This document shows, in pieces, positions 48,181-58,821 of a DNA stretch of 64,000 nucleotides. This DNA is from Paramoeba atlantica. Lineage: Eukaryota > Protista > Discosea. The DNA lies in the NCBI GenBank assembly GCA_977017575.1, contig CDRNVI010000087.1:248001-312000 (forward strand), in the 5' to 3' direction. The notes beneath the pieces were generated by a model that had not been told where the DNA came from, made no database searches, and saw nothing but the letters and a program-made list of their open reading frames with translations. Within the stretch, counting starts at the first letter, position 1. Every line of letters starts with the position of its first letter. The translations under genes and the position numbers were made by a program.

Positions 48181-49026
48181 ATGTTAACACTTAGTATTCA
48201 TCTGGCTGATACGCAGCCATTGCGGCTTAAACAACAGAGAAAGGAATCCAACACTGCATTGCCGTTAGGAGGAGATAACACATTAGAAGATAAAATACCT
48301 GTTGTCCGCACGGGTAAGGTACGAGGATCGGAATTACCACAAGAATATGAACTGGCACGACTTATTGCGAATATTGAGAATCCACGTTCCTCTTGGAATG
48401 TTTCAACCGCGGCGTGTGAGTGGAAAGGTGTGACTTGTGATGAACACTCACGCGTCACAAATATTGAATGGAAGACCCCTGCGCTAGATTCTGATCTGGG
48501 AACTATGGAAGCACTTTTAGAGGGAACGCTGCAATGGGAATATTTGCCCCCCACTTTGCTTTATTGCATTGTTATGAATAATCAACTGTCAGGAACGGTA
48601 CCGCTTGATTCACTGCAGCCGAAGCTGATATACTTTGTCGTAAGCTATAATGTGTTTAGCGGTGAATTGAATTTGAAACATTTGCCACAGACCTTAGAAA
48701 GGCTTTATCTCGACCATAACGAGTTTGTCGGACCTGTGGATTTGACTCATTGGCCACCGAATTTAGTTTTGGTTAGCGTCTCGAATAACCACCTTTCAGG
48801 GAGGATTGATCTGTCTTGTTTGCCTGACTCTTTGATACAGGTACTTTTGGCGGACAACATGTTTAAAGACTTCGTGACATTCGACAAAATTCCTTCAGGC
48901 CTAAAATACTTAGGCCTCAAGAACAACGGAAAGCTTTGTGGTGAGATTGATCTGTGTTTTTTTAAGAGACGAGGCCAAACGATAAGCTTTTCAGGGACTA
49001 AGATTAAAAGGAAGCAGTTTGATTGA
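48181..49026 (+). CDS. LRR protein, 281 aa
   Basis: TAACEWKGVTCD cap plus ~7 LRRs, intact. Confidence 0.88.
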   Translation: MLTLSIHLADTQPLRLKQQRKESNTALPLGGDNTLEDKIPVVRTGKVRGSELPQEYELARLIANIENPRSSWNVSTAACEWKGVTCDEHSRVTNIEWKTPALDSDLGTMEALLEGTLQWEYLPPTLLYCIVMNNQLSGTVPLDSLQPKLIYFVVSYNVFSGELNLKHLPQTLERLYLDHNEFVGPVDLTHWPPNLVLVSVSNNHLSGRIDLSCLPDSLIQVLLADNMFKDFVTFDKIPSGLKYLGLKNNGKLCGEIDLCFFKRRGQTISFSGTKIKRKQFD

Positions 49027-49066
49027 CAGGAAAAGAGATTGATTTATACTGTGCCCCCCCCACTTA

Positions 49067-50604
49067 CAGGGGTGCGAATCTAAAGGTGGGGGGGTCTAAA
49101 ATTCGTAAAAGTTGTCCAATTTTGGAAAATAATAGCGCATTGGATAGCTCTCACAGAGTTGTATGTTTTAGGATAGGTAGCATCCGGGGTTTGGGGGGTA
49201 CCCCCCTTTCATGTAAGGGTCAAAAACACATATTGCAATACTTTAGTGATGTCAATAATTTCTGTAATTTGGATTGCAAAAGACAATTAGTAACCACAGT
49301 GCCCCCCGTTCCCACTAATAACAATTTCACAACGCTTCCTGAAACTCTTCAACGTTTTCTGAACCGTTGCAGAGTGGGCCTGTTTCAATTTAAGGAAAGA
49401 CCCCTCAATGGCGGCTTCCAGTTGCTGTCGATTTCGGGGTCGAAGAAGATTTTTGTCTGTGTCCATCACAGACCACAAATTTTCGATCTGATTCAGGTCT
49501 GGAGATTTTGCAGGCCAGGGGAGAACGGAAATTCCTGTATCACGGAACGTGGCACGCGCCTTGTTGTGGGCCGGGCAGTTGTCCATGGCAATCGTGGCCG
49601 CTGGATGTCGCTTTAAATATTGAAGAAAGCCCCGTGGCTTTTTCATAGCCTGATCAAAAATTTCACCCGTAACGGTGAGTTTCTGGCCTTCTGAATTTTG
49701 AGGAGGGAAAATGTGGAGATGGAAGCCGTGTTTGAGGCTCACACCCATCCAAACCATAATCCCATTTCCGCCGTACCATGATTCTAGCTCGCCTCGTTGT
49801 TCCTTATGGGGGTCCGTCCTCCGACAAAGGTAAGTTCGCCCGGAACACCCACGACCGCAAGTAAACTTCTTTTCGTCACAATAAACAAAATGAAGGAGAT
49901 GAGCGTCGCTCTTCTCGAGCATCGCCTTACAAAATTGCAACCGTTTCTCCTTGTGTTCGAGTGTGAGTGATGGTCGTCGCCGAAGAGTGCGGAGCACAAC
50001 GCCTTGCTTCTTCAATGTGTCGACTAGGGTCCGTCGATTGCAGGTGAATCCTTGGCTACGGATCTCTCGCAGAAGATCGCTCCAGCTCTCTACGCCGTAA
50101 ACAAGGTCGCAATACCCCTCGTCGACAAGCTTGAGAGCCACATCCAGGAACGCAGGGGTAACCACCGTCGAGACACGCTCTCGGGATGCCTTCAACACGT
50201 CACCCGTAAGGGTAAAACGTTCAACCCAACGTTTTACAGTGTTCTCATGAACACCAAAGTGCTGCGCCGTAGCGGAGTACGATCCTGTGCGCTCGTATTC
50301 CGCCACCAAAAGCATGCGGTGACTCTCTTTGACGGGGGCGGGGGAAGAATACGATCTATCGCTCAGTACTCCACGGGAAGTCTTCGAGCGAGCGCGCTTT
50401 TGGGGCATTTTCTAGTAAAAAATGTAATTCCTGCGAGGGAAAAAAGCGAAATGTTGTATCAAAAAATATGTACGTTAAAATCACAGGATTTTAATGCGCC
50501 TAAAACATACAACTCTGTGAGAGCTATCCAATGCGCTATTATTTTCCAAAATTGGACAACTTTTACGAATTTTAGACCCCCCCACCTTTAGACCCGCACC
50601 CCTG
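49067..50604 (-). mobile_element. Tc1/IS630-like element, 106-bp TIRs, TA TSD
   Basis: TIRs 49067..49172 and 50499..50604 (two mismatches); TA at 49065-66 and 50605-06. Confidence 0.93.
49287..50408 (-). CDS. Tc1/IS630-like transposase, 373 aa, DD32E
   Basis: HTH (SYSATAQHFGVHENTVKRW), VYCDEKKF, MDNCPAH, WPAKSPDLNQIENLW; 32 residues between the second D and the E; intact frame. Confidence 0.9.
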   Translation of the reverse strand: MPQKRARSKTSRGVLSDRSYSSPAPVKESHRMLLVAEYERTGSYSATAQHFGVHENTVKRWVERFTLTGDVLKASRERVSTVVTPAFLDVALKLVDEGYCDLVYGVESWSDLLREIRSQGFTCNRRTLVDTLKKQGVVLRTLRRRPSLTLEHKEKRLQFCKAMLEKSDAHLLHFVYCDEKKFTCGRGCSGRTYLCRRTDPHKEQRGELESWYGGNGIMVWMGVSLKHGFHLHIFPPQNSEGQKLTVTGEIFDQAMKKPRGFLQYLKRHPAATIAMDNCPAHNKARATFRDTGISVLPWPAKSPDLNQIENLWSVMDTDKNLLRPRNRQQLEAAIEGSFLKLKQAHSATVQKTLKSFRKRCEIVISGNGGHCGY

Positions 50605-50741
50605 TATAGTGCCGCGGGGTACCCCCCCCCACTTATAGTGCCGTTTAGAAGAAAACAAATTGTCCGCAAAAAAATTGATCAATTCTTTTTTTTACAAAAA
50701 AGGTAGAGTAAATGTAGCGTAAATTTCTAATATTTTCTTTT

Positions 50742-52905
50742 ATGGAAATCATTGAAACTTTATTGATAGTTCCCTTTATCCTTTCAATGACTGTCGATTC
50801 GAACGAGAACGAGCCGCTAGACAAAGCGCACACTCGTGGATCGGCGATTTCAGGTCCTTTGGGACGCTGGTTTACGGTGATTCCGCCAGCGCCGAGAATT
50901 GGTCCCCAAGTGGCCAGCCGTCGTCCCCCCAACACACTTGATTCTCTTCCGATGAGCACACCTAGAACCTCTAGAGTGTGTTTGACTATGCAAGAGAAGT
51001 TGAATGTGTGTCTGAGCGAATTGGACACAAAAAAGCTGAGCGAAAAGTATCGGATCAGTTTAAGAACTGTCCGAAGTATTAAAAGCAACGGTGCCTCTTT
51101 TTATCAATCACGTATTAATCGTGGTCTCAAGGGAAGAAAGCGCCAGAGAGGCTTTAACAAAGAGCGGAAGGCAATTTTAAGGAAAGTGCACCTTAAATTG
51201 CTCCAAGAAATCAATGGTAAACATGCTGTAACGAAGGCATTTGTCTTTTCCGTTATGGAAACATACGGAATACAGCTTCAAGGCTTTGCCGATGAGACGA
51301 AGGAACGCATATACAAGCGCTTCAAGCGTCTTTTCGGGTGGACAAACCGAAGATTTGGACGTGTCCACTACGTGAGTCCTTCCGACGTGGGCTCGCGAAT
51401 ACGAGCTTGGGCACGGCACAAAATCAAGTCCGTTCATACGCGTATGTGATATTTGGGGATAAAACGTCTCTTCCGGTTGATGGTGAAAATACGGGAGTAA
51501 CATTGGCTCCCATAGGGCTTCGTAACGTGCAAGTCGTAACCACCAACGACAAGGAAAGTATAACTGTTTTTCTTTCCGGTGTTTACGATGTTCACAACAG
51601 AAAAGCTCTTCCCCTTCCTCCTACGGTACTGTTCAAGTCCAATGCAGAAGATGAAAAGTCCCGCATACTGTGAGACGCTCAACGTCATGTTGCTCGGACG
51701 CTCGACAACGCTTTGAAGGTGTACGTAACTTCGATTGGTTGGATGAACCGTCAAGTATTTGAAGAGATCATGCACGATCAAGCTTCCTTACTTGGAGGTT
51801 CGCAACCTGCGACAGCTCTTGTAGTGGATGAGTACACAGCCCATCGGGTTCATAGAATCCCCACTAATTGTGACTTCCACAGGATTCCTGGGGGCTGTAC
51901 TTATCTCATTCAAGTACACGATCTTCGGATTATTGTATTCTTCAAAAGCGAATACGAATTAGCCTTACGGCTCTGGCGCCTAAAAGCTGGTGATCACATA
52001 AAAGTGAATCGCCATGTAGTATTAGGGCTGATTAAGGTTGCCCATGAACTTACTTGGGCAAAATATGGCACCCAGATACAAAAAATATGCCAAACCCATC
52101 TCCTTGAGCCCATGACCAAATATCCGTTGAATTTGAACTCTAAGGATGAAACATCTGACTCAAGGCGAAAGCTGAAAAAGAGAGCCAAGGCATCTGTTCG
52201 AAACGAAAGCGGGGCGAAACCTAATAAGATACCAGTATCACCAGAAACCGGAAGACGATTAATGGCCTCTGCGTTGGCTTCACGTAAGAAACTTTTCGAA
52301 AAAAATGATCAATCAACAAAATTAAATAAGATCGATGTAGATGCTCTGCCATCAACTGAATAAAGGGGATCCTTGGACAACTCCTACAAAGGGGATCGAT
52401 GGAATGCTATCCGCCGCCGGGGCTCTCTTATCCCATGTGGACTTCTCGATATTTTATGCAACCGAGTAGTCGAAAAATACAATTCGACACAAACGGGTGT
52501 AAAGGTCGCACTGTGGAATGTGTGGCAAACACAGGCACTTCTTGGGTTTGGGACTGTCCCTGAACTCGATCCTGTGACGGAGTTGTACTATCTTCCTCAC
52601 GCTTGTATTACGAAGTTCACTTCGTACTTGTTCGGGTCTCTTCCAACACCCTTCTAGTCTTTGACAGTTTAAAACAACACGCTCCTCGTGCAGCAATGGA
52701 CAACTTAAATCGCTTTGTGGAAACCTTAAAATTATCGCACGAACGATATCATGGACTACAGGTCACATATGTTGATTGCGTGCAACAAGCTCCTGGAGAC
52801 AATGACTGTGCATTGCACGTCGTAAATAATTTATATATGAACCTCTTCTCCAGTGATACTCCAGTCATTAGTCAGAAAACTGCAAAGGAATCTTGGTATC
52901 CATAG
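50742..52905 (+). pseudogene. pogo-like transposase (HTH + DDE_1, DD30D) followed in frame by an Ulp1-like protease
   Basis: Pieces 50742..51449, 51338..51673 (TGA) 51713..52363 (TAA) 52373..52657, 52603..52905. Motifs FGDKTSL, GWMN, VVDEYTAH, IPGGCT..IQVHD; HFVLV, VFDSL, QQAPGDNDCALHV. Confidence 0.75.
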
Positions 52906-53300
52906 GATTGATATGTTATATTAAAGCCCCAACTGTTCGGCTCGAGGGCATGACCGTTCAGCAGAAAAAAAGACCCAAGAAGCGACTCTAAAGTGGGCGG
53001 TCGTTAATAAAAAAAGAAAAACAACAAAAAAAGAATAAAAAAGAAAAACAACAAAAAAAGAATAAAAAAGAAAAACAAAAAAATAAAAAAAATAAAAAAA
53101 CAAGTTTGATACAGGATAAATGGGGAGGGCACCTCACCTATATCACAAGACGGACACGTATACATAAAGTGTTGTATGTATGTAATCTTTGAAATTATTC
53201 GTTTGACAGTCGTAAAAAGATTCTCTTTTTATGTTTGGCGATGGATTCCCCGATCGCATAGTTTACATTGATAATGTGGTTATGATAAGGCCTTAATATA

Positions 53301-54232
53301 AACCCCCGCTCACGAATAAGTGACCCCCCCCTTATTTTTAGCACAGGGGGGCGTCGGTGGGTTATCATATCACTTTTTCGTTCAAAATTTCGAGATCTGT
53401 ACGTTCCCGCTGTTTTTAGCTCATTTTAAAATTTTAAAATTTAGTCAAAAAACATAATTGGTTTTTCAACTTTTTTCCAAAAATGACCAAATCACCATAT
53501 CGGCTCCCAGAAGGGGGGCTTACGGATAGTGGTAAGGTTCTTTTGAAGATGAGACAGGCAGAAGGTGTTCCGATAAAACAATTATCCCGTGATTTTAACG
53601 TCTCTAGAAGGATAATCAAAAAATATCTGAACGAAAAAAAATCTAGCGGGGAATACACTTTGAGTACTGTGACCATCTATTACAAGTGAGACATCTACAA
53701 TGACACATCTATTACAAGTGAGACGTACATAGAAACATCAAAACATGTAGATTTCCCCCCTAATAGTGCATTTCAACAGGATGGGGCAACGGCACATACT
53801 GCCCGTGCCTCCAAAGAGTATATTGAGAATTGAATGAGTGATGTTCTAAGAAACTGGCCCCCCAACTCGTCCGACCTTTCCCCCATAGAAAACGTCTGGT
53901 CTATGGTCCAAGAGGCGGTAGACGAACAAACCCCATCGGACAAACCTTCACTTATCCGATGTGTACGTAAAGCATGGTCTTCTTTAACTCAAAAAGTGAT
54001 CGACAAAACAGTATTAAGTTTTGATTCTCGACTTAAGGGGTGTATAAGATTGAAGGGCGAAAAAGTGACAAAATGGTAAATCTTCTCTAAATTGTGCGTA
54101 TTCGTTTCTTTTTGTCTCATTTCTGCACGCGCAAAGTCCTTGTGTTGAGATCTGCAAAATGCAACAAAAAACAGCTCAAACTGACATTTGTACGAAAAAA
54201 AAGAGGGGGGTCACTTTTCGTGAGCGGGGGTT
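53301..54232 (+). mobile_element. Internally deleted Tc1-like element (DD35E remnant), TA TSD
   Basis: TIR AACCCCCGCTCACGAA(T)AAGTGACCCCCC; HTH 53483..53689; FQQDGATAH...WPPNSSDLSPIENVW with an in-frame TGA; TA at 53299-300 and 54233-34. Confidence 0.8.
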
Positions 54233-55522
54233 TAATAAGGCATTTCAAATATATTTCGTTGATTAATTTATGTAGAAAAGCAATGGATGTTATTTTGAAT
54301 GCAAGCATCGGTTTGGGCTCACAGTTTGTAATTTTTTCTTTCGAATCTCTAGAATTGAGTCGAGTACTTCATGGAATTCTTTCACCGTGCTCTGCCACAC
54401 ATTAACCAACCAGACCTCTTGTCTTGCGCATTATTGTCCTCTCTTTTCCCACTAACACCCCATCACCCGATTACCCATACACAGCAGTGGAGTAGAAACT
54501 CCATTTACAGCGCTTAGGCACTCAAAAACACATGATAGAAAGAATTGCGCCGCGAAGCGGCGCGCTTTTTTTTTGAGGGGGAAAAATTTTGATCCTCGAC
54601 CTGAAACATACTACCCTCCCCCCACTTATAGTGCCGTTTGGTCGAAAACCGCGGCACTATAAGTGGGGGGGGCACAGTAACTTAAGAAAGCACGTGCAGT
54701 GATGACCAAAGTAATACCCCCTCACGATCGGCTCTTTTATATCTGTTTCTGCTATTTTTTGTTGCATTCGAGATATCTCGTTCTCGTAGCGCGTTGGTGA
54801 TATTTTGATTTTTTTAGCCTTTCCAGTTAAAAGAGGACCCAAGAGGGACCGTAATTGCGCTTGTATTTCTTGGCGCAGTGCCGCACACCATCCGCCAATT
54901 CTATTTCGTTTAGCGATGAGGGCGTGTTGTTTTCACAGATCAGTAACAGTAGAAGGTTGTTGCGAGGAGGGTTGTCTGTGGAAAAAGGGATAATGTTGTG
55001 AGGCCCTCCTTGCAACAATCCCGTGGCCTCGAAGTCACACTTCACGCACAGTGCTTCCCTTCAGCGAGATGGGATCCTATGAGGCTAAGGATGATTTTTC
55101 TTCAACAAGCGAACCCTCGACACCCCTGGCCTTAGGTCACTTACCATACATGTAGATGAATGTGTATTGTTTTCTACGGCATTATTGACGAATTCATTGA
55201 AGAATTCGTACGGCGTGAAATTTTTTTGGAGAACACGGAGAATCTTGGCTTGATGAATCGACAGATTTGCACCCTGTCGATCTAAGACGTTAACCCACAT
55301 TTTCGGTCCCGTCCATTATTGACCAAATGATCGTGCTGGCCATCGGAGCCAATGCATAACCCTTTTCTTGGGCAGCGGCACGCGCCTCATTATAATACTT
55401 TTCATTCCTCATTTCGTTCGAAGAGTACGAGCTGTTACGGGTGGGGGTCCCTAGTAGGACCTCTTACTGTCTTGTATGGCAGAGACGTCCACCCGTTTTT
55501 CGAAATCCCCCGTCTTTGCGCT

Positions 55523-55568
55523 GGGACAATCTTTCTGCAAGTGTCCAATTTGATGACAAATAAAACAC
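55523..55568 (-). other. CCHC zinc-knuckle coding relic in a decayed region
   Basis: Minus strand translates CFICHQIGHLQKDCP (C-x2-C-x4-H-x4-C); no long ORF around it. Confidence 0.45.
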
Positions 55569-56658
55569 ACGCTTTTTTCTTCCGAAGCTACCTGATCCCG
55601 TTTTCGCTTTGATTTCCTGTACGTTCTTCAGCCTCTATTTTCGAATGGATCGGTTCTGCATCAATCAAAGTTACATAAATCAAAGTTCGCGAATTAATTC
55701 TCGTAATTTCAGCGGATCTCCATCATGTGCCATCCACAATTTACATGTTAGGGGATCCATTGCAAGTTGTACGCATCTCCCCGACGTTCCACCTCGTTAT
55801 CAACTTCGATATCCTGAGCCCCTGGCTTTTCGTAGTACACACTTGAGCTGGAGAAGGCCTCCGCCTCAGCTGATGCCGAGCCCGCACCGAACCCGCAGCC
55901 CCTCAACTGCTTTCACAAAGTCCGCAGCAGGAAACAGCTTGTGAAATTTCTTAATCTTTCCTGGTGAGGTATAGAAACGTACGCTCAAAACACCACGGGA
56001 ATCCCTTGAGCGAACTCGCTTATGACGCTTAAATGGGGGGAAAACTTGGCATATTTTCGCATAAACGTATAAAAATCAATCAATAACAGTTCATTTTAAT
56101 ATAACTTCTTAATGTGCTTTTTCACCTCGAACCCAACGCAACTTTACGCGCTCTCACTGAACGATTCACCAACTTCGACGGCGTCAGTAGATGTGCTGTA
56201 GTTTGAGTTACTGACTTCTTCGCTCCCGTCCAGTTCCCCGTACCCGTAGTATTGAGCAACGCAATCCATCATGTTCACAAATCTCGTCTGCAAAGAGTGC
56301 TCTCGGTTGCTGTGCACCTCTCCAAACTAAACATACTGGGGTGCAACGTTCCTCCGCACTTGTGAAGTGTGGGGGAATGAAACGACGCTTGACTAGTTTC
56401 CAACGTGTGCGCCCCATGTCGTGACCTTTTACTTCCATCACAGTAGCGAACCACCATCCAACTTTACCGGTCTGTTTCCCCAGATGATATTTCCTTTTGC
56501 CAATAAAGGTCTAGTCTGCTTGCACTTTTGAAAAATTGTACGTACTCGTTTCTTCTTGGCAAAGAACCGCATTACCCGAATGGCTTAATATCGTTTCAGC
56601 TGTCTTGCGCCGTATTCCATGATTCCTTTGCGATTTGACCCATACACAAATTGTTACC

Positions 56659-56782
56659 TTGAATTTGAAACATTTGCCACAGACCTTAGAAAGTCTTTAT
56701 CTCGACCATAACGAGTTTGTCGGACCTGTGGATTTGACTCATTGGCCACTGAATTTAGTTTTGGTTAGCGTCTCGAATAACC
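56659..56782 (+). pseudogene. Orphan 124-bp LRR fragment
   Basis: Matches 48667..48790 with two substitutions; flanks are unrelated. Confidence 0.85.
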
Positions 56783-57000
56783 TACATCCCCTCGCAATGG
56801 TATCGAACATTTAATGATTAAATTTTAATCGATTCGAATGTCCTTTACCTCGAAAGTACAAACCGACATGTGGCTTTTTCCGGGCACATCCTTCATGTAC
56901 AAAATTCTATGGCCAGAGCAAGCGGGAAGACGCAAAAGGCCGTGGCTCCCCACAGTGTACTGCGTTCTCCCCTTGTGTGATCTCCCCGAGACTTCGCCAG

Positions 57001-57556
57001 TTTGTTTTGTCATGCACTTGTAGTGCAGAGATAAGCCCCACAGTGTCTTTACCCGCATACGACGGGTGGATCACGCGAGGATTTGCCCTCGCTGGAGGAG
57101 AATGGGTGCAGAAAGCTGGCGTCCCAGGTGCAGAGAGCTCGGTTGCCATGTGCGGGTGCAGAGAGCTGTAATCCCCATATTACAGTTTCGGAGGCAATCC
57201 GGGTGCAGAAAGCTGCGACAGAGCCGAGGTGCGGAGAGCTGGGTGACCGCCAAGTGCGGAGAGCCTAAACGCGGGCAGCGAGGGACAGGTCTAGTGGTCC
57301 TCAAGGGAGGCCACCGTGACGCCTAGCTCTCTCGGGGAGGCAAGGATTGAGAAGAGAGCCGAGAGAGGGAAGCACACTCACTCCAGGGGAGTGAGTCGGG
57401 AAGGGGTGAAGGGATGAAGGAGCGTCCCCTGCTTCAGCGAGAAAGAGAGACAGTTCTGGCCTTAGCGCCGGCCGGCAACGGGTATGTAAATACAGTAAGA
57501 GTATGTCCGTTGCTGGGGAAAGAAAGGATGAACAACAAGGTACAGAAACTGTATCT
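57001..57556 (-). mobile_element. SL-headed SINE-like element, copy B (divergent)
   Basis: 24-nt SL relic 57533..57556 joined to TTCATCC; body homologous to copies A and C; 3' hairpin 57013..57027; no TSD found. Confidence 0.8.
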
Positions 57557-58034
57557 GTGGGACGCAAGAGAACCCAGGGCAACCTGTGCATACTGGCCTG
57601 ACCTCAGCATTGTGCCACGTTGCAGGCAGAGTTTCCGGTGCAGTGTTTAATTCACGTGATGCTTCAGCCTCAAATGCTACCTTAAAACGTAAGGAAATGT
57701 GCTCGCTTTCACGGTTTGACGGAGTATTGCTGTCAATTTTTACGGAAAACTAAAAGAGTGCTTAATAACATATAATCTAACTTCTCATCGAAGTAAACCA
57801 CTGTCCAGCTTACCATGCCCCCCGTTGAGAAGCTCGTTCAACTTCTACGGAAGTTAAAACCCCCACCGCGTTTAGCGGAGCGACTAAAAATGAAGAATTG
57901 GCTAAGAAAGCGGAAGAAAGCAGAAGGATTAGTATCAAAAATAGCCAATGTTTTTAACGAAAAATAGGGTAAAATAATTAATGTGACTAACAAATTGAAG
58001 ATTCCATAAAAAAATACATATAATTTTTGGTTTC

Positions 58035-58821
58035 ATGTTTCGGCCCATTCATGCCGCGGATATTCCAGCGCCGCAAATAGCAAGACGTGCAGCAAAGGAT
58101 TCATGCCGCGGATATTCCAGCGCCGCAAATAGCAAGACGTGCAGCAAAGGTGAGTATAACAAATCTTCCACAAGAATTTCAACTTGAGCAAGTTGTACGC
58201 GATGTTGAAAATCCGAATTCATCATGGACTACATCTACTCCGGCCTGTAAGTGGAGTGGTGTCGATTGCAACAACACCGATAGTGTAATGTCCATATCGT
58301 GGTGGTCGAGGGAATTGAAGGGTTCGTTAAACTACAGCCATCTGCCCGAAACGATTCACATCTTTTACGCCAACGTTAACCAACTCTTCGGCGAAGTGTC
58401 ACTTGAAACGTTTCCTCCGAAGCTGCGTACGTTAAGCCTTCGCAACAATCAGCTCAGCGGAACATTGGACTTGACAGCTCTCCCTCCTGATTTAAAGACT
58501 TTGGTTCTCTCTGGTAACCAATTTACAGGAGAAGTTTGCCTGACCAAATTGCCGTCGCAGCTTCGATACCTCTATCTTGGCAGGAACATGCTATCCGGAG
58601 ACCTTTGCTTCAGAAAACTGCCTAATATGGTTATACTCCGGCTTGAAGAAAATGATTTTTCTGGAGAAATTGATCTTCGTAGCATTCCACGTTCATTGGA
58701 AGAGTTAAATTTAGCAAACAACATTAATCTTTGCGGTAAGTTGAAAGAATATCACATTCCCCTACTGCTGCGCGCAGGTCTGAAGATTAAGAACACAAGG
58801 ATTGCACGTTTATTAAAATAG
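58035..58821 (+). pseudogene. LRR gene frameshifted by a 52-bp tandem duplication
   Basis: The ATG at 58035 (MFRPIHAADIP, homologous to MFYTFLAADVP) is put out of frame with the LRR body by the duplication 58047..58098 / 58099..58150. Confidence 0.75.

Larger units (their letters stand above)
41539..48480 (+). repeat. Segmental duplication paralogous to 61994..64000 (excluding retroelement 42757..47693)
   Basis: Identity begins at TCCCAGTTGTCCACG at 41539 and 61994 and covers the SINE-like element, the LRR gene, the intergenic region and the next LRR gene. Confidence 0.92.
49049..54677 (+). mobile_element. pogo-like DNA transposon carrying an Ulp1-like protease, decayed, with two nested Tc1-like elements
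   Basis: 29-bp TIR CTGTGCCCCCCCCACTTATAGTGCCGCGG (left copy split by an insertion; right copy 54649..54677); TA at 49047-48 and 54678-79. Confidence 0.85.

Noticed and set aside
4216-53833. In-frame TGA codons in several TE ORFs (4216, 4670 at a Trp-aligned position, 51671, 53831) suggesting TGA recoding
   Set aside because: The 1528-aa ORF and all intact LRR ORFs use only TGG for Trp, and TGA terminates several genes. TGG>TGA and CGA>TGA decay in dead elements explains these codons.
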